Below are positions 42,297 through 54,428 of a DNA stretch of 64,000 bases, in pieces. A model generated the notes under the pieces. The model was not told where the DNA came from. It saw only the letters and a program-made list of their open reading frames with translations, and did no database searches. How positions within the stretch are numbered: position 1 is the stretch's first letter; each line of letters begins with the position of its first letter. The DNA comes from an uncultured Planctomycetaceae bacterium (GTDB lineage Bacteria > Planctomycetota > Planctomycetia > Planctomycetales > Planctomycetaceae), in the NCBI GenBank assembly GCA_963815195.1, contig CAWFGE010000008.1, positions 1 to 64,000 of the forward strand. The letters are read 5' to 3'. A program made the position numbers and the translations under genes.

Positions 42297-43768
42297 CGAA
42301 ATTGTCGATTCGCTGGCGGTTGACGCTCTGGTATGGAGCGACCTTGGCGTTGGCCTTGGGCGGTTTCTGCGTGTTGGTTTTGCTCTTGGCTCGGCATCAA
42401 TTGCTGGCCCATACGGATGCGGCTTTAAGGGAGGAGCTTCAGGAACTGGTCCTCGAAGTCCAAATGGCTCGCAACATGCCCGAACTGGAATCGGAACTGC
42501 AACGACGATTCTTTCAGCATGACATCTATGATTTCCGGGTGTTGGATGCCGCCGGGCGCGTGGTCTTCGCCAGTACGGGATTGAAGAATGTCTCGGAAAA
42601 AATGCCGCCCCAAAAATCCGCCTCCGCGTCTACTCTGCGTTACGAGACGCATCCCCTCGGACGCCAAGGGGATTACCGCATTGCCAGCACGCCGGCCCAA
42701 AGCCCGCTCGGACCGTTCACCGTTCAGGCGATGACGTCCTTGACCCCCTACTATGCCGAAATCCAAACCTTGGAGACGATCGTGCTGATCCTCTTGCCTT
42801 TGGTTCTCGTCGCGGCTTCCGCGGGAGGCTATCTCTTGGCGGGGCGGGCGTTGGCTCCGGTGAAGCAGATTGCGAACGTCGCCAACTCCATCACGATCGA
42901 CCGCCTGGACCGCCGCATCGAAATCGCCAATCCCGACGATGAGATCGGCCGCCTGGCGGCGACTTTGAATTCGCTGATCGCCCGTCTGCAACGCGCCGTC
43001 AATGAAATCCAGCGGTTCACCGCGGATGCCTCGCACGAACTGCGGACTCCGCTGGCCGCCTTGCTTTCGGAAGCCGAATCGGCGCTGCGTTCGCCGAGAT
43101 CCCACGAAGATTACAAACAGACCCTCGCCGTCGTCGTCGAGGAAGCCACCCGGCTGGGGCGGCTGGCAGACCAACTGTTGAACCTCAGCCGGCAGGATGC
43201 TGGAATCCTTCAGTACGCACAGGGCAGTGTCCGGCTGGATGCGTTGTTGTGGGATGTGGCCGACCAGTTGCGCCCATTGGCCGAAAAGCAGAATCTGCGG
43301 ATGGAATGCGGCGAAATGCAGTCCTGTGAACTGCAAGGGGACGACATCCGGCTCAGTCAGGCGTTTTTTAACGTGCTGGAAAATGCCGTGAAATACACCC
43401 CGGCGGGAGGACACATCGAGGTTCGCTGCCGGATTTCCCAAGGATCGGCCCAGATCGAAATCCAAGACGATGGCATCGGCATCCCGGCCGAGAAGCTGCC
43501 TCACGTTTTTGACCGGTTCTATCGCGTTGATCCCTCGCGTTCGGGAAAAGTGGGCGGCGCGGGATTGGGGCTGTCTATCGCCCGCGCGGCCATCATGGCT
43601 CACAGCGGCGACATCCAGGTTCAAAGTCAATCCGGAGCCGGAACGACGGTGACGATTCAGTTGCCGGGTGCCGAGCCCGCTTGCGATGACTTCGATTCGG
43701 GACCCTCACTCGCTGCGGTTGGTCTCGACCACCGGAAGACCATAAAGGGAAAGGGCAACGGCGTTTAG
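42293..43768 (+). CDS. Sensor histidine kinase (CusS/CzcS-like architecture)
   Basis: Two TMs, HAMP, DASHELRTPL, NAVKY, DDGIGI, GAGLGL; ATGA overlap with the regulator. Confidence 0.92.
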   Translation: MTKLSIRWRLTLWYGATLALALGGFCVLVLLLARHQLLAHTDAALREELQELVLEVQMARNMPELESELQRRFFQHDIYDFRVLDAAGRVVFASTGLKNVSEKMPPQKSASASTLRYETHPLGRQGDYRIASTPAQSPLGPFTVQAMTSLTPYYAEIQTLETIVLILLPLVLVAASAGGYLLAGRALAPVKQIANVANSITIDRLDRRIEIANPDDEIGRLAATLNSLIARLQRAVNEIQRFTADASHELRTPLAALLSEAESALRSPRSHEDYKQTLAVVVEEATRLGRLADQLLNLSRQDAGILQYAQGSVRLDALLWDVADQLRPLAEKQNLRMECGEMQSCELQGDDIRLSQAFFNVLENAVKYTPAGGHIEVRCRISQGSAQIEIQDDGIGIPAEKLPHVFDRFYRVDPSRSGKVGGAGLGLSIARAAIMAHSGDIQVQSQSGAGTTVTIQLPGAEPACDDFDSGPSLAAVGLDHRKTIKGKGNGV

Positions 43769-43984
43769 GCCCTTAACTCAAATGTTCACACCGCAATCCT
43801 GCCTCCATCGCTTGGTGAATTCGGGTTTATGTTGGTGGTGCGGTTATTGTGGGATGCGACGATTATCCGAACAATGAGATAGGAATCGTTGTGGACCGCT
43901 CCAAACGACGGACTGAGCCATCAAGGTTTGTGAAATATACGCAAAATGCCAAATAGAGTTTTTGACAATTTCGAGTTGGTTCGC

Positions 43985-44584
43985 TCAAGGCCGTGGTTCA
44001 GGCGTTTGGGGGAGCTGTGTTTCGGGCGTTTTGGTGAAGTCAATGACCAGATCGGCACCCGGTTCAAAGACGACCGTCCGCATCGCGTGAACGGGAATAC
44101 CGTTCACCATCCACGACGCTTGGAATCGGTAGCGATAGGTTCCCCGTTCCAATGTAGGCGTCGCAAATACCCGATTTTGCCCTTTCTGTTTCGTGATTTG
44201 GTCGTTGACCCGAAGTTGGGCGTCCGCTGTGGGAAGCTTTACCTTGATGGATGCTTCGGGCACCTGCCCGCGAGATCGTTTTGGGAAAGCCTGGCTTCGG
44301 CTTTGCAAACGAAGTTGCTGCAGCCGGGTTTGGGTGCTCGGATTCAGAATGTCACGGTTCAGAGCGTTCGAAGGCAAGGCGGGCGCAGTGGGGCGGAACG
44401 ACTGGCTTGGATTCGAGAACGGGGCACTCCGCAGTCCGCTGGGACTAAATGGGGTCGAAGCCCCGGCTCCTGCCGGCGTGTTGTACGTCCCCCCCTGCTG
44501 GTGGCCGGGCGGCGTCTGGCCCCGCGTAGGAACGACCGTCATCGTTGTGACTATCCAGCAAACCGCGATTGGGAATTGTTTCAT
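43985..44584 (-). CDS. TIGR03000-domain secreted protein (planctomycete)
   Basis: Signal peptide, P/S-rich linker, IKVKLP.ADAQL...G..RVFATPTL..G.YRY...ASW. Confidence 0.75.
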   Translation of the reverse strand: MKQFPIAVCWIVTTMTVVPTRGQTPPGHQQGGTYNTPAGAGASTPFSPSGLRSAPFSNPSQSFRPTAPALPSNALNRDILNPSTQTRLQQLRLQSRSQAFPKRSRGQVPEASIKVKLPTADAQLRVNDQITKQKGQNRVFATPTLERGTYRYRFQASWMVNGIPVHAMRTVVFEPGADLVIDFTKTPETQLPQTPEPRP

Positions 44585-44787
44585 CGCTGGCAGTCCGTCC
44601 TTATTGGGGGCGCCGCTATCTCTGCCGGACGAAACCGGCAACTCATAGGATTTATTATACGAGCGCGGGAAACTCCGCGTAAAGATCAACATTCGCCTTC
44701 CCGTTTGCAAGGAGCGTGGCCGGCGAAACAATCCTATCGGTCGGCATTTTCGCCAAGCGGTCGAACTCATCTCGACAGGGGAGTCTT

Positions 44788-46482
44788 ATGATGAATGAAC
44801 GAATACAAGGACGTGCTAGCTTTTCCGCTCGGAATAGGTCAGCGGGCCGCTTCGTTTGGGGGTTCGGGCTGAGTGCGGTGCTGCTCCTGACAGGCTGCGA
44901 CCACGCGGACGTGCGGCGAGAGATGCCGCGCATTGCCTCGCTGCCCATTGTGCCGAAAACCGCAGCCGCGTCGCGAACCACCGGCGGAGCTCCTGCCATA
45001 GTCCAGCCGGCGAGCCAGGAATCCCAGGCGGAAAGCGGGATGTCCCGTCTCCGAGCCTGTCGCAGGGTCACGGTGCCAATTCGGTCCGCATCGGCCGCAC
45101 CGCGCGACGTCATCACGGCGTCTACGGAGGATTCGCCGCCCGCCGGTTCGGCTCAGGAACCGGAGGTGCTTCCCCCGCCCGAACGGTTGTCGGCCCCTGA
45201 GTTGCCCTCGCCAAACGAGCCGGCGGCGGGTGCGCTGGATCTGACGTTGCCCTCGGCCCTGGCCCAGGGGTTGGCGGAGAATCCGGATTTGGTGACCCTC
45301 CGCGGACAGTTGCCGGTGAACGAAGCGATGGTGGGCGTCGCGGAAACCCCGATCTGGAATCCGTTTGTTCAAGCCCAGTTGTTGCCGCGCGGAAAGCCGT
45401 TTGACTCAGGAACGGGGCCCGGCACTGGCGTTGGCAAAACCAACTATTATGTGTGGGCGATGCAGCGATTCGAGATCGCCCATCAGCGCCGTTATCGCAC
45501 GGAAAGTGCTCTGGCGGCCTTGAATCAGGTTCAGTGGAACATTATGCAGGCCGAGTTGCTTTACGTCGCCCAGACGGCGCGGCTGTATTTCACCGCGCTG
45601 TACCAGAAGGAACTTTATGATCTGGCAATGACGGGCGCGGAACTGAGCGAGCATCTTCTGGAGGTGCAGCGGCGACGTTTTGAAGCGAACCTCGCCTTGG
45701 CCCGCGATGTGACAACGGCCGAAATCGCTGCTCGGCAGGCCCGCCGACAGGCCGAGGTGGCGAAAATCGCCTACGATGCGGCGCTCATACCGCTACGGCA
45801 GCAATTGAATCTTCCGACCTCGACGCCTTTGGTTCTCACGGAGCGACTGGCCGACCTCCGCTGGCTTCCTCTTTACGCCTCGGGGGATCCCCAAGACGAA
45901 ACCGCGCTCGCCGCCGAACTCGCAGAAGGCCGCCCGGATGTGATGGCCGCCCAAGTCGGCATTCGCGTGGCCCAGGCCAATTGGAGTCTGGCCCGCGCTG
46001 CGATGATTCCCGACATCCAGGCCGGACCGATCATTGACACCAGCGACGCCGGCACCAAATTCCTGGGGCTGCGGTTGCAAATGGACATCCCCGTTTGGAA
46101 CACGGGGGCCCCGCTGGCCCATCAGCGGCACATGGAAACCTGTCAGCAGGCACTGACCTACGAGCAATTGAAGATCAAGGCGGGCCTCGAAGCCCAGACC
46201 GCCATCCAGCAATTCGAACTCGTGCGGGAAATGGCCGCGAAATTCGAACCCGTCCGGGTCGATGCCGAAGCGCCGGAACTCACGGAAATCCTGCGTCTGT
46301 TCGAGGCGGGGCAGGCCGACATCCTGGCGGTGCTCGCCACGCAGAACGACTTGCTGCAGGAGCAGCGGACGAATCTGGACGTGCTCAATCAACTGGCCCA
46401 ATCCGCCGCGGGCGTCATTCAGGCCACTGCCTTGCCCGTGGAACGCGTTGTCGCCCGGCGCGACGAACTTAGCCGCCCTTAA
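44788..46482 (+). CDS. TolC-family outer-membrane efflux protein
   Basis: Lipobox LTGC, ENPDL, RPDV, DIPVWN, helical repeats; directly upstream of the RND gene. Confidence 0.85.
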   Translation: MMNERIQGRASFSARNRSAGRFVWGFGLSAVLLLTGCDHADVRREMPRIASLPIVPKTAAASRTTGGAPAIVQPASQESQAESGMSRLRACRRVTVPIRSASAAPRDVITASTEDSPPAGSAQEPEVLPPPERLSAPELPSPNEPAAGALDLTLPSALAQGLAENPDLVTLRGQLPVNEAMVGVAETPIWNPFVQAQLLPRGKPFDSGTGPGTGVGKTNYYVWAMQRFEIAHQRRYRTESALAALNQVQWNIMQAELLYVAQTARLYFTALYQKELYDLAMTGAELSEHLLEVQRRRFEANLALARDVTTAEIAARQARRQAEVAKIAYDAALIPLRQQLNLPTSTPLVLTERLADLRWLPLYASGDPQDETALAAELAEGRPDVMAAQVGIRVAQANWSLARAAMIPDIQAGPIIDTSDAGTKFLGLRLQMDIPVWNTGAPLAHQRHMETCQQALTYEQLKIKAGLEAQTAIQQFELVREMAAKFEPVRVDAEAPELTEILRLFEAGQADILAVLATQNDLLQEQRTNLDVLNQLAQSAAGVIQATALPVERVVARRDELSRP

Positions 46483-46497
46483 AGAACGAACGAAAGC

Positions 46498-49400
46498 ATG
46501 TTGAAATTGGAACCCGACCCCAAAAATCCCTCGGATAAGGCCGGCCTCGTGCTGCGGTTCGGCAAGGCGATCCTGTTTATTGTGATCGCGCTGTGCTTCG
46601 CCGGAGTTTATGCCGGCGTGACGATGCCCTCGTCCGTCTTTCCGCAAACCGATTTTCCCCGCGTCGTGATTCTGATCGACAACGGCGTCATGCCCGGCGA
46701 CGAGATGATGGCCACCATCACCCGGCCCGTCGAAGAGGCGATGAAGAACATTCCCGGCACGACGAACATCCGTTCCACGACCGGGCGCGGCTCCGCGGCG
46801 GTCAACGTGTTTTTCGATTGGAAGACCGACATGACCGAAGCCGAGCAATACGTGCTCGGGCGGTTGTCGCAGATCCGCAACACCCTGCCCGCCACAGCCG
46901 ACATTCAGGTGCACCGGCTGACGTTTTCCGCCTTTCCGATTCTGGGCATCAGCCTGACCAGCGAAACCCGCCCCCGCACCGACCTTTGGGAACTGGCCCG
47001 CTACGACATCTACCCGCGGTTCCTGAGAATCAACGGAGTCGCCCGGATCAATCTGGTCGGCGGCCGCGTCCCGGAATTTCATGTCATCGTCAATCCGGCC
47101 AAGCTGGATGCCCACCATCTGACGCTCGGCCAGGTTACAAAGGCCTTGGCCGAAACCAATCACTTCACTCCGGCGGGGATGCACGAGGAGAATTACCAGC
47201 TCTACCTGTCCGTCGTGGACAACCGCCTGCACGATCCGAAGGAAATCGAAGACGTTGTCATCAGTTGGGTGAACCAGTCCCCGATTCGCGTCCGCGATGT
47301 CGGCGTGGTCCGCCGCGGCGAAGCGCCCCAGTTCAACCGTGTCTCGGCGGATGGCAAAGATGCCGTGCTTTTAAACATCTATGGTCAGCCCGACTGCAAC
47401 ACCGTTCAAATCGCCGATGATCTGGAGGGAGAACTCCAACGTCTGAAACGCGAATTGCCGCCGGACATGAAGTTGGCGTTCTTTTACGATCAATCGCAAT
47501 TTGTCCGGGAAGGTGTGGCGAGCGTTTGGGAAGCGATCATTCTGGGATTGATCCTCTCGGTCGTCGTGCTGTTTCTGTTTCTAAGGAGCCTGTCCTCCAC
47601 GATCGTTGCAGCTCTCGTGATTCCGGTGACGATCATTCTGACCTTGATCGGCTTAAAGCTCTTGGGTATGAGCTTCAACCTGATGACGCTGGGGGGCATT
47701 GCCGCCGTGGTCGGAATCGTGATCGACGATGCCATCGTCGTCGTGGAAGCGATCTATGCCAAGGTGCTCGCCGGCGAATCGTCGGGGTCCGCCGTCCGGC
47801 TGGCGATGCGGGAGGTGGGGCCGGCTTTGGTCGGCAGCACGATGACGCCGGTGGTCGTGTTTATCCCTTTGGCGTTTCTCGACGGAGTCGCCGGCGTTTT
47901 CTTCCGGTCTCTGGCCGTGACGATGGTGATTGCCCTGTTGATTTCGCTGTTGCTCGCGGTGACATGGACTCCGGTGACCGCCGGACTTTTGATCCGCCGC
48001 CGCGAAGGCGTGGCCCAAAACGAACTGGAGCAAGGCGGTCCGATCTTGAGGCGTTTGATTAACGGATACGCCTCGGTGATGCGGGGCATGCTGCGGCTAC
48101 CGGCCGTCGCCACACTGGGCATGGCGCTGATCGCCGCGGGCGGGTTCTGGCTGTATGGGCAGTTGGAGTCGGACTTTCTTCCGGCCCAGGATGAAGGGGC
48201 ATTCGTCATCGACTACTATTCGCGGCCCGGCACGAGTTTGACGGAAACGGACCGCATGCTGCAGCATGTCGAGCAAATCCTTAACGGAACACCGGAAGTG
48301 GAAAGCTTCTCACGCCGGACCGGGGCGCGGTTGGCGTTGGCCATTGCCGAACCCAACACGGGCGATTTTCTGGTCAAACTCAAGCACGATCGTTCTCGAA
48401 ACACCGAAGCGGTCATTGAGGAACTGCGGGCCAAGTGTAATGCGGCGGAACCTGCTTTGAGTTTTGAATTTCCCGGCGTGCTGGGCGACTTGATCGGCGA
48501 TTTGACGTGGTCGCCTAATCCGGTGGAGATCAAAATCTTCTCCACCGACACGGCCTTGCTCAAAGAGAAAGCCACAGAGATCGCCGGCACCATTGAGGGC
48601 ATTCCCGGCGTGGTGGACGTGGAAGACGGGCTGGTTGTGGCCGGGCCTTCGATGCGGCTCAAGACCGATCTGGCCGTCGCCGCCCGAAGCGGCATGACCC
48701 CGCAGACCCTGGGAACGGAAATTCAAAGCACGATGCTGGGAACGGTGTCCTCGTATGTGCTTCAGGGGGACCGCACTTACAATGTCCGCGTGCTCTCGGC
48801 CCCGGAATCCCATCAGCGGGAGCGTTCCCTCGCCACGCTGCCGATCCATTCGGCAATGGGCGCGAAGCTAACCGTCCGTGACGTGGCCCGCCTGGAGCAC
48901 GAACCGGGCCTCCTGGAAATGCACCGCGAAGACTTGCGGCAGTTGGTGGCAGTGTCCGCGAGATTCGAGGGGATCGACATGGGCCACGGCATGCAGACGA
49001 TCAAGGACAAACTTTCCCAATCCGTCACGCTTCCCCCGGAAGCCTCGATCGAGTTCGGCGGTCTTTACCAACAACAGCAGGAATCGTTTCGGAATTTGAC
49101 GTTCGTCCTGATCGCGGCCCTGGTTCTGGTGTACGCCGTCTTGATGCTGGAGTTTCGCACGTTTCTCGCCCCCTTGGCGATTTGGATGGGGGCACTATTG
49201 GCCTTGGTGGGCGTCGTGGCCGCGCTGTGGCTGACCGGAACCACTCTGAACATCGTCTCGATCCTGGGAGCGATTATCGCGATGGGGATCGTGCACAAAA
49301 ACGGCATCTTGATGTTCGACTATGTGGAGCATCTGCGCAGCGAAGGCCTGCCGCTGAAAGAGGCGATGATCCAGTCGGGCCAGCGCCGGCTTCGCCCGGT

Positions 49401-49638
49401 GCTCATGACCTCGCTGACGACGTTTTTGGGACTATTACCGCTGGCCTACGGAATTGGTGCGGGGGCCGACATGCTCCGGCCGATGGCCATTGCTGTTATC
49501 GGTTCGCTGTGCATGTCGCTGCTGTTGTCCCTGGTGGCGACCCCGGTGTTTTATTACCTCCTCGTGCGGTTGCTGGGGCCCGATGCTTCCGGCAGCAGCC
49601 CAAAGCTCCTCTCAACCAGCCCGGAGCAAACAACATGA
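46498..49638 (+). CDS. RND efflux permease
   Basis: 1046 aa; FPQTDFP, IDDAIVVVE, KNGIL, RLRPVLMT. Confidence 0.93.
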   Translation: MLKLEPDPKNPSDKAGLVLRFGKAILFIVIALCFAGVYAGVTMPSSVFPQTDFPRVVILIDNGVMPGDEMMATITRPVEEAMKNIPGTTNIRSTTGRGSAAVNVFFDWKTDMTEAEQYVLGRLSQIRNTLPATADIQVHRLTFSAFPILGISLTSETRPRTDLWELARYDIYPRFLRINGVARINLVGGRVPEFHVIVNPAKLDAHHLTLGQVTKALAETNHFTPAGMHEENYQLYLSVVDNRLHDPKEIEDVVISWVNQSPIRVRDVGVVRRGEAPQFNRVSADGKDAVLLNIYGQPDCNTVQIADDLEGELQRLKRELPPDMKLAFFYDQSQFVREGVASVWEAIILGLILSVVVLFLFLRSLSSTIVAALVIPVTIILTLIGLKLLGMSFNLMTLGGIAAVVGIVIDDAIVVVEAIYAKVLAGESSGSAVRLAMREVGPALVGSTMTPVVVFIPLAFLDGVAGVFFRSLAVTMVIALLISLLLAVTWTPVTAGLLIRRREGVAQNELEQGGPILRRLINGYASVMRGMLRLPAVATLGMALIAAGGFWLYGQLESDFLPAQDEGAFVIDYYSRPGTSLTETDRMLQHVEQILNGTPEVESFSRRTGARLALAIAEPNTGDFLVKLKHDRSRNTEAVIEELRAKCNAAEPALSFEFPGVLGDLIGDLTWSPNPVEIKIFSTDTALLKEKATEIAGTIEGIPGVVDVEDGLVVAGPSMRLKTDLAVAARSGMTPQTLGTEIQSTMLGTVSSYVLQGDRTYNVRVLSAPESHQRERSLATLPIHSAMGAKLTVRDVARLEHEPGLLEMHREDLRQLVAVSARFEGIDMGHGMQTIKDKLSQSVTLPPEASIEFGGLYQQQQESFRNLTFVLIAALVLVYAVLMLEFRTFLAPLAIWMGALLALVGVVAALWLTGTTLNIVSILGAIIAMGIVHKNGILMFDYVEHLRSEGLPLKEAMIQSGQRRLRPVLMTSLTTFLGLLPLAYGIGAGADMLRPMAIAVIGSLCMSLLLSLVATPVFYYLLVRLLGPDASGSSPKLLSTSPEQTT

Positions 49639-50945
49639 AGCCGAACGTTCTATCGAGGATTGCTGTCATCGTCGTGATTTTGGCCTTTATAAGCGGCGGC
49701 GCTTACTGGCTTTTTGCCGGTTCCTCGCAGCCAACGGGCGGCGCGGAACCGGATGCCGCCGCGGAGTCGGCCGCTTCCGTTCCCGTGCAGGCGGCCCGCG
49801 TGGAACGCACGACCCTCCGGCCGACACTCGATCTCGTGGGAACGGTCGCGGCGATTCCCGAGCGGACGGCGATGGTCTCGCCGCAACTGGGAGGCTGGGT
49901 GGAGAAGCTCGACGCGCGGGAAGGGCAGTCGGTCAAAGCGGGAGAGCCGCTCGTGCACCTTGACGCCCGAACGGCGCACACGGACGTTCAACGTGCCCGG
50001 GCCGTCGTCGCCGAAAAGGAAGCGGCGCTCAAGCGTCTCAAACGAGGCTACCTGCCCAACGAAATCAAAGGCGCCCGGGATGATCGCGAGAAAGCCCAGG
50101 CCAGTGTGGACGGCTTGAAAAATGAACTCAAAGCCCTCGATGATTTGCTGAGACGCCGGGAGATCTCGCCGGTGACCTATGAAACGAAAGCCAAAGCCCT
50201 CAACGCCGCGGAAGCCGCCCTCGCCTCTGCCGATTCCCGTTTGAAACTCCTCGAAGAAGGCACGCCCGTCGAGCAGATCGATCAGGCGCAGGCCCTGCTC
50301 GATGCCGCCAAAGCGGATCTCGAGCACGCGGAATTGACGCTCCAGTGGTGTACGATTCCCAGCCCCATCGACGGCGTGGTTGTGCAATTATTGGCGCACC
50401 AGGGGCAGTATTTCGGCCAGGCCGTTTCGTTGGCGACCGTCATGGATCTGTCCCACGTCTTCGTGCAGCTTCGCCTTCCCAGCCGGGATTTCGGAAAAAT
50501 CCGCCTGGGGACGAAGATCGATGTGCACCTCGCGGCGATCCCCGGAGAGACATTTCACGGAACCATCGCCCGCATCAGCGGGGAAGCCGACCCCTTGACG
50601 GGCAACGTCACCGTGTTTGCCCTGGTCGAAAACCAGGCCGGCAAACTGCGTCCCGGTTTGGGGTGTGAGGCCCGGATCTGGTTGCCGGAAATCCCTGAGG
50701 CCCTCACCGTGCCGGTGGCGGCCGTCGGCGACCACTCCGGCACGCCGGTCGTGACCGTGATCCGAGACGGCAAGGCTCACGAAGCGGAAGTGGAAACCGG
50801 AGCCGAAACCGGCGACCGCGTGCAAATCCTGAAAGGCGTGTCGGCAGGCGACCTGGTGGCGACGGCCGGAGGATACGGGCTTCCCGACGAATGCCCGGTG
50901 CATGTCGTCGAAGATCTCGCCGCCGCAAACGCGGCCGGCAAATGA
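49635..50945 (+). CDS. RND periplasmic adaptor (MFP)
   Basis: N-terminal TM, lipoyl halves (GQSVKAGEPL, SPIDGVV), long helical hairpin, LRPG; ATGA overlap. Confidence 0.9.
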   Translation: MKPNVLSRIAVIVVILAFISGGAYWLFAGSSQPTGGAEPDAAAESAASVPVQAARVERTTLRPTLDLVGTVAAIPERTAMVSPQLGGWVEKLDAREGQSVKAGEPLVHLDARTAHTDVQRARAVVAEKEAALKRLKRGYLPNEIKGARDDREKAQASVDGLKNELKALDDLLRRREISPVTYETKAKALNAAEAALASADSRLKLLEEGTPVEQIDQAQALLDAAKADLEHAELTLQWCTIPSPIDGVVVQLLAHQGQYFGQAVSLATVMDLSHVFVQLRLPSRDFGKIRLGTKIDVHLAAIPGETFHGTIARISGEADPLTGNVTVFALVENQAGKLRPGLGCEARIWLPEIPEALTVPVAAVGDHSGTPVVTVIRDGKAHEAEVETGAETGDRVQILKGVSAGDLVATAGGYGLPDECPVHVVEDLAAANAAGK

Positions 50946-52159
50946 GAAACAGCGGCCGGCCGGAACCAGCCCCAGCCTCCGGCGAGGAACACAACGGGGC
51001 ATCGCGCCGGGCGGCGCTGGCCTTTGTCGTGCTGATGGGCCTCGTCAGCCTGTTTGCCGATATGACCTACGAAGGGGCGCGGAGCATTGCCGGTCCGTTC
51101 CTCGCCATCCTGGGAGCCGGGGGCACGGCGGTGGGACTCGTGGCGGGCACGGGAGAATTGGTGGGATACGGCTTGCGGCTCGCTTCAGGTTACCTGGCAG
51201 ACCGGACGGGCCGGCCTTGGATGATCACGATCGTTGGTTATGCGATCAATCTGGCGGCGGTGCCGCTCTTGGCATTGGCGGGCCGCTGGGAAATCGCGGC
51301 CGGGCTGATGATTGCCGAACGGATGGGGAAGGCGATTCGCACCCCCGCGCGCGACGCCATGCTCTCACACGCGACGCATCAAATCGGCCGGGGCTGGGGG
51401 TTCGGACTCCACGAGGCGATGGACCAGATCGGCGCAGTTCTCGGCCCCTTGGGCATGGCCGCGGTGATTTATTTCCAAAAGGGATATTCGTTCGGTTTCG
51501 CGATTCTGGCCATCCCCGCGGGCTTGGCGTTGTCCACTTTGCTCGTGGCCCGGATTCGCTATCCGCGGCCCAGCGAATTGGAGCCGGCCTCGGCTCCCCT
51601 CACGGGAGCCAAGTTTTCCGAAGGCTTCTGGTGGTACTTGGCGGCCGTCAGTTTCGTCGCCGCAGGCTTTGTCGATTTCCCGCTGATCGCCTATCACCTG
51701 AAGCGAACGGCAGTGACCTCCGACGCGGCGATTCCCCTCTTGTACGCGTTCGCGATGGGCGTGGATGCGGTCGCGGCTTTGGGACTCGGGATTTTGTTTG
51801 ATCGGCGGGGTCTTCGAGTGCTCGTGGGGGTTTCCCTCCTCTCTTCCGTGTTTGCCCCGCTGGTGTTTTTGACGGGCTTCGAGGGCGTGCTCGTCGGGGT
51901 TGCCATCTGGGGCGTGGGAATGGGAGCCCAAGAATCGATTGCCCGCGCGGCCATCGCCGGCATGGTGCCCAAAGACCGCCGCGGCTCGGCCTATGGCCTG
52001 TTCAACTTGTGTTATGGAATCTCCTGGTTTGCGGGGAGCGCGCTGATGGGCGTCCTGTACGATACGGCCCTGACAGGTCTGGTCGCCTTTTCCGTCGCCG
52101 CGCAGCTTGCCGCCGTCCCCTTTTTGCTGAGGGCCATGCGGGGCGAGATCGGCGATTGA
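50942..52159 (+). CDS. MFS transporter
   Basis: LVSLFADMTYEGARS, GYLADRTG, ERMGKAIRTPARD, about 12 TMs. Confidence 0.9.
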   Translation: MRNSGRPEPAPASGEEHNGASRRAALAFVVLMGLVSLFADMTYEGARSIAGPFLAILGAGGTAVGLVAGTGELVGYGLRLASGYLADRTGRPWMITIVGYAINLAAVPLLALAGRWEIAAGLMIAERMGKAIRTPARDAMLSHATHQIGRGWGFGLHEAMDQIGAVLGPLGMAAVIYFQKGYSFGFAILAIPAGLALSTLLVARIRYPRPSELEPASAPLTGAKFSEGFWWYLAAVSFVAAGFVDFPLIAYHLKRTAVTSDAAIPLLYAFAMGVDAVAALGLGILFDRRGLRVLVGVSLLSSVFAPLVFLTGFEGVLVGVAIWGVGMGAQESIARAAIAGMVPKDRRGSAYGLFNLCYGISWFAGSALMGVLYDTALTGLVAFSVAAQLAAVPFLLRAMRGEIGD

Positions 52160-52318
52160 CTCTCGCCTGCAACAACTGCAAAAATTGTTTTTGGACGATA
52201 ACGTGCTGGAAGGGAAAGATGCCATTCAAGATGACACGGACCAACGCAGGCGACTTGTCCCCGGCCAACATGCGGGGCCTGTGAACGGCGATACTCCCGA
52301 GTCGGAGTCGATTCACTC

Positions 52319-52695
52319 ATGTTGACCAAACTCCTGTGGATTTTTCTGGCCGGCCGACTGGGAACCTTGCGCGGTATGGCGTATCGGGACTGGTCCAGCG
52401 TCTTTCGGAAAGCGAACTCCCCTACGGCACCTTTTCGGTCAACGCGCTCGGCTGCCTGTTGTTCGGGCTGGTGTGGGGATTGGCGGACGAGCGGCTGATC
52501 ATCAGCGGCGAAACACGGTTCATCATGCTCACGGGATTCATGGGCGCCTTCACGACCTTTTCCACGTTCGCCTTTGAAACGGGCGGCATGTTGAGAGATT
52601 CTGAATGGTGGTACGCCGCCGGCAATGTGTTGGCACACAATGGCATTGGGATTGCCGCGGCATTGCTCGGCATGGCCGTGGCGAAACTGTTTTAA
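52319..52695 (+). CDS. crcB: Fluoride channel Fluc/CrcB, 1-nt frameshift near 52369
   Basis: MLTKLLWIFLAG.LGT|LARYG, PYGTFSVN, TGFMGAFTTFSTF. Confidence 0.9.
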
Positions 52696-52712
52696 CGGGA
52701 TGGGAAGCTGCA

Positions 52713-54421
<1,709 letters not shown>

Positions 54422-54428
54422 GGCAGTG

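Noticed and set aside
52160..52318. Fluoride riboswitch upstream of crcB
   Set aside because: No GGCGATGG..TCGCC / CTGATGAC consensus seen here or upstream of tolC or the regulator; a covariance search is still needed.
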